A program made the position numbers and the translations under genes. From Rebecca billardiae RCC1528 (lineage: Eukaryota > Protista > Haptophyta), in contig OZ251232.1 of the NCBI GenBank assembly GCA_965240325.2, positions 1,612,001 to 1,676,000 on the forward strand: a DNA stretch of 64,000 nt, given 5' to 3'. Shown piece by piece: positions 54,107 through 64,000 of this stretch. Every line of letters starts with the position of its first letter. Position 1 is the stretch's first letter. The notes below the pieces were generated by a model. It had not been told where the DNA came from. It did no database searches and saw nothing but the letters and a program-made list of their open reading frames with translations.

Positions 54107-57100
54107 ATGGATGCTCGTCGGCGCATGGTGAGCCCTCTGCGTGCCATGCTCCTCCTCCTCGCCGCCCCAAGCGCGCGCGCGCGCGCGGGCGGCTTGGCAT
54201 GCGCAGCGCGCTCGCTGGCGCCCAGCACGCCGCGCATGGCGGTGCGCATGTGCAGCAGCGGCGCGCCCGATGCGCGGCGCGCCGCTCCGGTGTTGCGTTG
54301 GCACACGCAGGGCCGCGTCTCGCAGCACGACCTGGCCATCTGGCGCGCGGCCGCCGAGGCGGCGGCGGCGGCGGGTGCCGTGCCGGTGCGGCGGCGCCTG
54401 TCTGAGCGCGAGAAGCGCACGGCGGCGTACCGACAGAGCTGGTGCTGCGCAGGGTGCAGGGCCCTGCTCCCGCCGGACTTTGAGGTCGACCACATCCTCC
54501 CGCTCGTGCTCGGCGGCGGCAACGGCCTCCTCAACCTGCAGGCGCTCTGCCGGCCATGCCACGCGCGCAAGACGCGCGAGCAGCGCGGCGCTATCGAGGC
54601 GGCGGCGGCGCGCGCGGAGGCGGCGGCTCCTCCGCCCGCGCCGGGCGGCGGCGGCGGCGCGCCCGCGGCAGAGTCCACGCCCGCACCCCGCGCCGAGTGC
54701 CTCAACGCCCAGCAGGCGCAGGCCGTGCACGCGCGCAGCCGCGCCGTCCGAGTCGCCGCCGGTCCCGGCACGGGCAAGACGCGCGTGCTCGCGCTACGGA
54801 TTGCCGAGCTGGTGCAGGCGCGCGGCGTGCCGCCCGCGTCGATCCTCGCGCTCACCTTCACGAACCGCGCCGCCGCCGAGCTCCGCGCGCGCGTGTGCGA
54901 CTCCGTCGGCGAGGCCGTCGGTGGCGCGCTGTCAGTTGGGACGTTTCACAGAACTTGCCTCGAGCTACTCAGGGCGGACGTCGAGGCAGTGGGCGCGGCG
55001 GAGGCGGTGGGCGCGGCGGAGGCGGCGGGCGCCACCACGCCGGGCGGGCAGCGCGCGTACTCGCGGGGCTTCGCGCTGTACGACGCGCCCGCGTCGGTCC
55101 GACTCACCGCCCTCGCCCTCGCGCAGCTCGGCTCCGACCACCCGCTCGCGCGCCGCCCCGCCGCGGTGCACGCCGCCATCTCGGCGTCTAAGAACAGGAT
55201 GGAGGACGCGCGCGCGTACCGCTCCCGGCCGGACGCGCACCCGCTCGTGGCGGCGGCGTTCGACGCGTACGAGGCGGAGCTGCGCGCGCGGAACTGTGTC
55301 GACTTTGACGACCTGCTGCTCCTCGCCGAGCGCGCGCTGCGCTCGCCCGCGGTGCTGCGCAAGTACCAGGGCCGGTTTCGTCACGTGCTCGTCGACGAAT
55401 TCCAGGACACGAACGGCGCGCAGTACGAGCTGCTGCGGCGGCTGTGCGCGCCCGCGGCGGCGGAGGGCGAGGATGGGAGCGGCGCGAGCGTGTTCGTAGT
55501 CGGGGACTCGGACCAGGCGATCTACGGCTGGCGCGGCGCCGACTACCGCAACCAGAAGCGATTTGATGCCGACTTTGGGCTGCTGCTCGCGCACGGCGGC
55601 GGCGCGGCCGCTGCTGCCGAGCCCGCGGCGGCGCAAGTCGCCGCGGCGCGCGGCGATGGCGGCGATGCTGGCGGCGCTGACGGTCGCGGCGGTCGCGGCG
55701 GCGGTCGCGGCGGTGGCGCGCTGCGGCTGCGGCTTGAGGTGAACTACCGCTCGACTCGGGCTGTACTCGACGCCGCGACGGCGCTCATCGAAGCCGGCGA
55801 CGCCGGCGAACGCGACCCAGTCGCGCTGCGCGCCGTCGCGCCGGGCGCGCCCAGCGCCCGGCCCACGGTGGTGGCGACCGCCGACCAGGACGCGGAGGCG
55901 GCGTGGGTGGCCGAGCTCATCTGCAACCTGCGCGCGTCCGCGCAGACGCGTGTCATGTCCATTGGCGTGCTCTACCGCACGAACGCGCAGTCGCGGCCCG
56001 TCGAGCGCGCGCTGCTTGCCGAGCGCATCCCTGTGCGTGCGCGCGCGCCGAGCGCGCGCCCCGTGCGCGCGCTGCGCGCCCCGTGCGCGGGCCACTTCGC
56101 GCCCGGAGCGCGCGTTAGGCCGTCTGCGCGCGCGCGCGTGTACGCGTGCGCTGCGCCCACCTCCTCCCTCACGCACCGCGCTCGGCCGCGGCCGCGCGCA
56201 GCACACGCTCGTGCAGGCGACGCGCTTCTACGACCGCGCGGAGGTGAAGGACCTGCTCGCCTACCTGCGGCTGCTCGCACACCCGGAGGAGCCGATCGCC
56301 CTGGAGCGCGTGATCAACACCCCGCCTCGCGGGATTGGAGCTGGCACGCTCGGCGCGCTGCGAGAGTATGCGCGTGCGAGGAACGTGTCGGTGTGGGCGG
56401 CGGTGTGCGCGGTTGCCGAGCCCGAGGCCGAGGCGCGCGAAGCGGAGGACGCGCCGCGCCTCTCGAAGCGCGCCGAGGCCGCGGTCCGCGGCTTTCATGG
56501 CGTGATGCGCAAGCTGCGCGCGTGCCTGCAGCTAGGCGAGAGCGTGGTCGAGGCCGCGCCACACGCCGACCGCCCGGATCCCGACCCCGGCGCGGTCGCG
56601 GGAGGCCCGCCGCTCGGCTCGCTGCCAAGGCTCGTTCGCGACGTGCTGCAGAGCTCTGGGTACGAGGAGTACCTGCTCGGCGGCGGCGTGGACGACGGCG
56701 ACGCGCGGCATCGGAACGCGCGCGAGCTCGCGAACCTCGCCGCCCGGTACAGCGCGTCCCAGCTGCAGCCGTTTCTCGACGAGGCGGCGCTGGTGCAGGA
56801 CCAGGACGCGCTAGCGGCCGCGGAGGCACAAGAGGGCGGCCGCGCGGCCGCGTCGGCGCGGCCGGGCCGCGTGAGCCTGCTCACCGCGCACGCGGCGAAG
56901 GGGCTTGAGTTTGACGTGTGCGTCGTCCTTGGCGTCGAAGAGGGGCTCCTGCCGCACAGCCTGGTCGCCGAGGCCGGTGCGCCGGCGCGGTCGGTGCCGG
57001 GGCTCACGGGGCAGCGCGGTGCTGACGCGGCGCGGCTGGATGAGGAGGTGGCGGCGGCGCGGGAGCTCGCAGAGGAGCGCAGGCTTCTGTACGTCGCGAT

Positions 57101-57296
57101 GACGCGCGCTCGCCGCCAGCTCTACCTGTGCCACGCGCGGCGGCGGCTCGTGTGGGGCGTGGCTCGGCAGCACGAGCCGTCACGCTTCCTGGCGGACGTG
57201 CCGCCGCACCTGCTCGACTTCATCGACGCGACGGCGGACCATGCGGGGCAGCAGGGCGCGGACGAGCACGACTATTGTCGCGACCATGAGCTATAG
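54107..57296 (+). CDS. HNH endonuclease - UvrD/PcrA (SF1A) helicase fusion with N-terminal targeting presequence, 2 exons
   Basis: HNH: WCCAGC...[32 protein letters not shown]. Helicase motifs: [63 protein letters not shown] and [13 protein letters not shown]. Intron 56033-56201. Confidence 0.92.
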
Positions 57297-57426
57297 CATC
57301 CGCCAGGTTCAGCAAAATCAATAATACGCGGATTCAAGGGGGCGGGCGCGCTGTGAGCTGATGACGCGCATGATACCGCCGCCATCATATATCGTCCGCA
57401 GTTCGTCCACTATCGGCAGTATACGA

Positions 57427-57478
57427 CATATATATATATATATATATATATACATACATACATACATACATACATACA

Positions 57479-57514
<36 letters not shown>

Positions 57515-57522
57515 TATATATA
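57427..57522. repeat. Compound microsatellite (TA)n(TACA)n(TA)n
   Basis: Seen directly. Confidence 0.95.
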
Positions 57523-58547
57523 TGTCTAGCCGTCCTCGAAGCGCCTGCGCCATCCAGATGCAGCGAGGAGGCGAGGCACACGCCGGGCAGGGCGGAGCCA
57601 CGCTGGGAAGACGCAGCTCGAGCCAGCCGCCAAGCCGCACGAGAGCGAGGCACGAGGCACCATCGTGCAGAGGCGGGCGCCCTGAAAGATGCGGGCCCAG
57701 AACAGCTGCAGCCATCAGGACAGTGGGCGCTTCCGAAACGAAGGGCGTCGTCCGCTGCGTGAGCGAGAGAGACACAGGGCCGCGTCGGTCGGCTCGGCGC
57801 CAGATGAAAGAATCCAGGCCACCAATTGGCTGTCCAGAGCCACCATGCCAACCCGCTCAAAGCTCAGGAGCAGCACAACGAGTTAGTTAGTTCTTGGCCG
57901 TTGTGCGCGCGCACAGAGCAGGCTCGAAAGACCCTCGAGGCACGAGAAGAGGGTGGCCAAGATGGCAGCCGGACTTGCGCTCGGCCGCCTGCCTCCGGCC
58001 GATTGGCAGGCAGGTGTTGATACCATAGGCGGCGCATTGCGCTCCCACCGTCCTCTTACAGACAATCAGTTATTGTGCCAATAACCCCACGTATATATAT
58101 ATATATATGAGATCATCAGCTCAGCATGATGAATATGCAGCTGTGAGCAGCTCAGCTTGAGCTGTGCTGAGCTGGCGACGCTGACGCGACGGCGATCCGC
58201 GATCGGCGATGACGACCGTACGATGCATCGTGCATGCCGCGCCAGATATGGCGGCGGTCGACGGTCGTCGTGCGCGCTGCTCGGGTTCTTGCTGGGTGAG
58301 CACCGGGCGGTTCACAAGGGCCGCAGCAAAGTGAGCGGCCTGGAACGGAGGCGGCCGGAGGCGACCGCCAGGTAGCTTGTGGACCATCACGCGCGGACCA
58401 GCCTCGACTTGTCATATACATTCGGCTCCGAAGCGAGTGCACGCTCGGCACTTCCTACGCGACGCGCGCGCGTGCAAGCCGAGGGCGCTCTACGCACGGG
58501 CATCGCGCCGTGCCTCGCCGTGCTCCCCACTCGCCTCGCTGATGCGC

Positions 58548-59010
58548 TCAGGCCGCCTTGGTCTTGGCGGCCCCGTCCGCGGGCGCGCCGCTGTCAAAGC
58601 TGAGCGCGAGGCCGTCGATGCAGTACCGCAGACCCGTCGGCGTGTTCCACACGTACCCGTCGGCGAAGAGGTCGCCCAGGTGCCCCTTGCACTTGGCGCA
58701 GTGCACCTCCGTGCCGATCACCGCCCACAGCGCGGGGTTCTCCGACGTGCGCTCGACGCCGGGCAGCTTGTCGTAGAAGCTGGGCCAGCCGGTGCCAGAG
58801 TCGAACTTCTTGGCCGAGCTGAAGAGCGGCGTGGCGCACGCGGCGCAGGAGAAGGTGCCCGAGCGCTTCTCCTTGTAGAGCGGCGAGGAGAAGGGCGGCT
58901 CCGTGCCGCGCTCGAAGAGGATGTGATACTGCTGCGGCGTGAGGACCTGCTTCCACTTGGTCAGCTCGGCCGGCGCCACGTACGGCTCCGCCGACGCGGC
59001 GCTCGCGGGC

Positions 59011-59045
<35 letters not shown>

Positions 59046-59162
59046 ACCATGCACGAATGTGCGCCGCGATCCGACCAGCGAGGGCGCCATGACGCGCCGC
59101 GTCGGCTGCGGGACGGCCGTCACCAGCGCCAGGAGGTGGGCGATCGCGGCAAGGCCCGCCAT
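58548..59162 (-). CDS. msrB: Methionine-R-sulfoxide reductase MsrB with plastid/thylakoid-type presequence
   Basis: LTPQQY, GTEPPF, CAAC, KFDSGTGWPSF, EVHCAKCKGHLG and RYCI. Start MAGLAAIAHLLALV at 59162. Confidence 0.92.
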
Positions 59163-59335
59163 GTCGCGCTCGGGACGGCTGATGCGCGGACGGTGCAGGA
59201 TGCCTGGGTTCTCGCCGTCCGGGTGGCCGGGGCGGATCGATCCCGGACCAACAGTTACGGCCTCCATGCCATTCGAGCCGCCACAAGCCCTTCGGATGGC
59301 GAGCATGCGCTGGTGATCAAGCGGGGAGGGCCGCC

Positions 59336-62300
59336 ATGCCGCAGTCGAAGCTGGTAGACGACCGGGGCAAGCTCGGCACGCCCGTGGCTGAGGGCGGGCT
59401 GCTTGGCTCCACCTTCAAGCGCGCCTACGTCACCCGCCGGGTCGAGCTCTCCCGACTGCCGGTGCGCGCGCGTTCTCTGCGCGTGCGCGCCGTGTGTGCC
59501 TTTCCCGTGCGAGCGCCCGCCGCCGTCGAGCGCGCGCCGACGCGCGCTCGGCCCTCTCTCGCGCGCGTGCGGTGGGCGTGCAGGATATTGAGTTCGAGGG
59601 AGTCGTCGTCGTCGACGTCGAGCCGCCCGAGGAGCCGCCCGAGACCGTCGTCGCGCGTCGGGCCGCCGCTCGTTCGCCGACGCTTGCCGAGCCGCCAACG
59701 CCGACGTCGGCAGTCGGCTCGCCGCAGTACGCCTCGCCGCCGCCGGCGCCGAGCGGGCTGTCGAGCACAGCCGGCATGCCCGCCGCCCGCGCGGCGCGCG
59801 CGAGCGGCAAGGAGCTCACGCTCTTCGCCTTCAAGCCGCCCGCCGATCTCGCTCGGATGCAGGAGGGGCAGGGACTGATGCAGCTGGTGCCCGCGCCCAA
59901 GGACGGCGCGCTCGACATCTCGTACCTGCGCGAGGCGGGGCGGCGGCCGCGGCACTCGGCGGGCCCTGAGACGAGCGGCGGCCCCACGCCGCGCCCCGCG
60001 GGCCTCAGCCCCGCCGAGCTCTTCTTCTCTATCTCCGTGCCGGGCGACCAGTTTGCTCCGACGGCCGGGCCGGAGGCGCGGCTCAAGGAGGCGCTCGTGG
60101 ACGGGGTGGGCGGGCGGCCGGGCACGTTCGCGGGCGAGCTGGGCCACGCGAAGGAGTGGCTCAAGGCGCTGGTGACCGACGCGGAGCGCGTCCGCCCGCC
60201 CGGCCGCGCCGACGCGCTGCGCGTCGCCTCGCTCCTCGATCTCGCGATCGACGAGATGGGAACCGGCCGCGCGGCCACGCCAGACAAGGCGAACGCGAGC
60301 GCGCGCACGCGCCAGCTGTGGCGGCAGTCGGTGGGCGGGTTCACGCTGCGCAAGACGCTGTACGAGCAGGCGCTGAAGGAGCTCATCCGGCAGGTCGGCG
60401 TGGGCTGCGCCGAGCGCGGCGCCCTCCTCGACCGGCTGATCTACGCATACCGGCAGCTCCTCGAAAAGTACCCACGTCTCTTAGAGGAGGCAACGGTCGA
60501 GATGGATTCTCTGCGCCGGCAGCTGAAGGCGGCGCGGGACGACGCGGCGTCGAAGGGCGGCGCGCTGCAGACGGCGGTGAAGCGGACCGAGGAGGCGCTC
60601 GCCGCGAAGGCCGACACCGAGGTCTCGCTTCAGCTCGAGCGCGACAGGACGGCGAGCCTCGAGAAGCACCTCGCGGCGGCAAGCGCGTATGGCCGCGGCG
60701 CGGACGCGTGCGTTTCGTCACTGTGCGTCGAGGTGCGCGAGGCGGAGGCGGGGCACGAGCGGCTGCGCGCGGTGGTCGACGTGCGCGACGAGTGGCTCAA
60801 CGACGAGAAGCTCGAGCACCACGCCACGCGCGAGGCGCTCGCCTCCGCGCACGCGCTCGTATGGGCGCGCGACGCGCAGCTGCGAGGCCTGTTTGACGAA
60901 GCGGAGGAGCTCGGCGATTTGTTCTGCCGCTCGGAGGTGGCGGCGACGCGCGCGGGGCGCAAGCTGCAGGAGACGGCGAAGCGGCAGCGCGGCGCGCAGC
61001 AGCAGCACGAGACCGCCGAGGTGGAGAACGGCCGGCTCCGCGAGCAGATCGACGAGCTGTCCGAGGCGCTTGCGATCTCGCGCGCCGAGATTGCGCGGCT
61101 CGAGCCCGAGGCGTCCGAAGCGGTTTTGCTCCGGCAGAAAGTGAAGGACAAGGACGGGCAGATCGCGAAGCTATCGAGCGAGATGACGCACCACCGGCTG
61201 CGCTGGGAGAGCGCCGTGCAGGAGCTCGAGAGCGCGCGCGCCACGCTCGCCCGCCGCTCGGACGACGCCGCCTCTCTCGAGGCGGAGGTGGCGCGCGCCA
61301 AGGCCGAAGCGGTTTCGCATCGAAAGAACGCGACTCGGCTCGAGGAGGCGCTGCGCCGCGCGCAGGAGGAGGCGCGGGCGCGGCCGGGCACGCCGACGGT
61401 GGTCGAGCTGCAGCAGGGTCCGCGCGGCGCCGAGCTCCGGCCCTCCTCGCGCGCCAACTCGCGCGGCACCGCCACTACCACCTCCGGCTCGCGGCCCGTG
61501 TCGCGCGCGCGCGCGGGCGCCGGGCTGGGCAGCGCGGCCGGCGCGGCGCTGTCGGGCCTGGCTGGCAGCCTGCGCGCGTCGCTCGAGGCGATCCGGATCA
61601 CGACGGCCCACCAGATGTGCGACGCGGAGGACGAGCTCTCGGCGCTGCGCCTCGCGGTGGACGAGCTCAGCCGCCGCGCGCTCGAGCGCAAGGCGAGACG
61701 CACGCTCTCCATCATACAAGCTGTCGAGGGTCCGCCGGTGCCCGAGTCGCCGGCGCAGAAGCTGGCCATGGCGGTGGAGGACGAGGAGGCGGCGGAGCAG
61801 GGCGCGCAGCTGATCAACTCGGTGCTCGAGTCGGAGCTGGGCGCGTCGGTGCGCTCGGGCAGCCTCGTCAGCGGCGCCGATCTTCAGCGTCTCGCCCTCG
61901 CCGACACGATCCCTCGAGATTGGACCTCCGGCCGGCGCGCGCGCCACTGGCGCGAACAGGCGGCCAAGGTCGTGGCCGAGGCCGCGCAGGGAGAGGACAC
62001 CTGGGTGCCCTCGCCGCCGAAGCTCTCGAGCTTCATGCTGCGCAGCACGGTGGAGCGCGGCGCGGCGCGCTCGGCCGCGGCCTCCGACGCCGGCGCGCGC
62101 CCCGAGCACGTCGGCACGCCCGCTAGCAGACAGTCCGCCCGCGCTACGGGCTACGAGGCGTTGGCCGAGGCCGCGTCCGACAGCCTGGCGCAGTACGCGC
62201 GCGAGCTCCGCACGAGCGCCGCGCGCGCGCTCGACGACCTCAAGGAGCGGGAGAGCCGGCTCTCGCGCCGGCTGTCGAGGGCGCTCGACGCGCTGAGCGC

Positions 62301-63330
62301 GGCGGGGCTGTGCGCGTGCGATGCGGACGGCCCGTGCGTCTGTGGCCGCCGCGGGAAGCGAGCGCAGCCGCGCGCGCACCGCGCCGAACACGCCTCGCCC
62401 GGCACCGCGGACGGAGGGCCGCCGCGGCTGGGCAGGCCGCCGCGCCGCCCGCCCGACAGTGCCGCGTCCGGCGCGGACGTGGGCTCGAGCCTCGCCTCGG
62501 CGCGGCGCGCGGAGCAGCGCGTGTACGTGCGCGACGCGCGCGCCGCCGCCGCCGACTCGCTCCGCAAGTCTCTCCGTGCCGCGCAGTCGCGACCGCCGCC
62601 GCCGCCGCAGCCGGCGCAGCTGGCGCCGCCGCCGGCCGAGCCGGCCGCGCGCGGCGGCGAGGGCCGGGGCGTTGTCGCCGCGCGCGCGCGCATCCCTGCG
62701 GAGGCGCCGGTGCGCACGTCGTCGGTCGCGCAGTACGAGGGCCCGCCGCCGCCGCTGCCCACCCGACCCGCGATGGTGCACGGTCCGCTCGTCGGCCGCG
62801 CCGCGCCGACAGTCTCCGCGCAGCAGCCCGCCGATGTGCAAGGCCTGCTCGGGACCGGCGCGGACTCGCTGCCGGTCGAGCTGCCGCGCGGCGCCGCGGC
62901 TCGGATGCCCGGCCGCGGCGAGGTGCTCGCGATGCAGGCGATGGAGGCGGCGGACCAGCTGCACAGGCGCAAGGAGAGACTGCGCGCGAAGCGCGCCGCC
63001 GCCTTCGCCAAGGCCGAATCAATGTACGACCCGTCGCGCAAGCAGAGCGCGCCGCCCGCCGAGCCGCGCGAGCCGCCGCCGCCGCGCAAGCGCGGCGGGC
63101 ACCTGCGCTCCGACCCGGCGAACGTGTCGAGCGCGACGCTCGCGCACAGCGCGGCGGTGAGCGCCGCGATGGCGCGCGAGCGCGAGGAGCGCAGGCAGCA
63201 CTTCGCTCGCGCCGCGGCGGAGGCGGAGGCGGCCGCGGCCGCAGGGGCGGCGGCAGACGATGCCGAAGGCGGGCCCGCCAGCCGCGATGCTGAGCCGCAG
63301 CGCCGGCAGCACGCCGCGACGCTTGGATGA
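59336..63330 (+). CDS. Long coiled-coil protein with axonemal dynein light chain (p28/DNALI1-like) domain, AXDND1-like, 2 exons
   Basis: LYEQALKELIRQVGVGCAERGALLDRL matches the p28 signature ELIRQVxxxCxERGxLL, followed by an extensive coiled coil. Intron 59462-59583. Confidence 0.72.
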
Positions 63331-64000
63331 TTTTTCGTTTTCGACATCAGCGCACAGTGCTGATGATCGGATGATGGCCGGCGGCGGCCCTCGGGACCGC
63401 GTGCACCGTCAGTCCGCCGCCGCGGAATTCATATTTCATCATATATATAATGCTGCCCGGCTGCCGCTTGCCGGAGCTGCTCGCCGCTAGGTCGGCGGGC
63501 GGCGACATCGACTAAGACCTCACCCTCATCCAAGTGCTCCGGAAGGCGCTCGGCCGCGGCGGCATCTGCCGTCGCCGCCGCGTGCCCCAGGCCGAGGCGG
63601 TGCTCCATCCCGGCCCCGCTCCCGTAGGGGGGCAGGGCTGCGGGTGGCGCACTGTCTGACCTGGACGGAAGGCGCGGACGCATTCTATGTGTCTGTTGCA
63701 CTCTGAGCCTGACGCTAGCTTGTCCGATGCTGCCACGTCGTTAAATATAATGCTGCCACGAATCGTTAAATATATATATATATATATGAGTTTCGTCGTC
63801 GGCTGATGCGCGGGTCGGTAGAGTCTACTACTGTCTCTACTACTACTAGTCTACTGATGAGTCTCATTGATGATGATGTGTCACGCTAGATGTGCCACTC
63901 AGCCTGTGCGGGCGTGCCGCGTGGCGGCGGGTGCGGGTACTCGGTCACGGTCGTCACTGTGACTGATCACCTACTACGACTCACTGTAAGTCACTACGAC

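Noticed and set aside
10321-56201. Apparent frameshifts in MSH6, the channel, the NH-TIR genes and UvrD as pseudogenes
   Set aside because: All are resolved by canonical GT-AG introns that restore conserved motifs.
15277-63347. Numerous long Arg/Ala/Pro-rich overlapping and antisense ORFs
   Set aside because: These are expected from stop-codon scarcity at very high GC; they are shadows of the real genes with no domain motifs.
63727-63775. Short tandem duplication atgctgccacg..tcgttaaatata
   Set aside because: Only two copies next to a TA microsatellite; most likely slippage with no evident function.

Overview
Very GC-rich, gene-dense eukaryotic nuclear DNA with short GT-AG introns (GTGCGC...CGCAG). 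The composition and gene content suggest a flagellated haptophyte alga such as Diacronema/Pavlova, which is inference only. I can support about 20 protein-coding genes: JmjC oxygenase, Patched/NPC1-like transporter, GT25 glycosyltransferase, NYN-LOTUS RNase, MSH6, a secreted Pro-rich protein, a four-domain EEEE voltage-gated Ca2+ channel, a GSCFA protein, a MYND protein, an EF-hand protein, CASC1/DNAI7, a Trs65-like protein, an HNH-UvrD fusion, MsrB and a p28-domain coiled-coil protein. There are also three non-autonomous DNA transposon-like elements with visible TIRs and TSDs. The strongest candidate for a new system is a pair of paralogous genes (29101-32732 and 39237-43428). Each encodes a nucleoside-hydrolase domain, about 6 TM helices and a TIR-like domain whose catalytic Glu is Gln in both copies. 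Also notable are an apparently organelle-targeted HNH nuclease-UvrD helicase fusion, a 2.5-kb foldback/MULE-like element with palindrome-array TIRs inserted in that gene's bidirectional promoter, and an RPA32-binding-type helix in MSH6. All domain calls come from motif recognition by eye; no searches were run.
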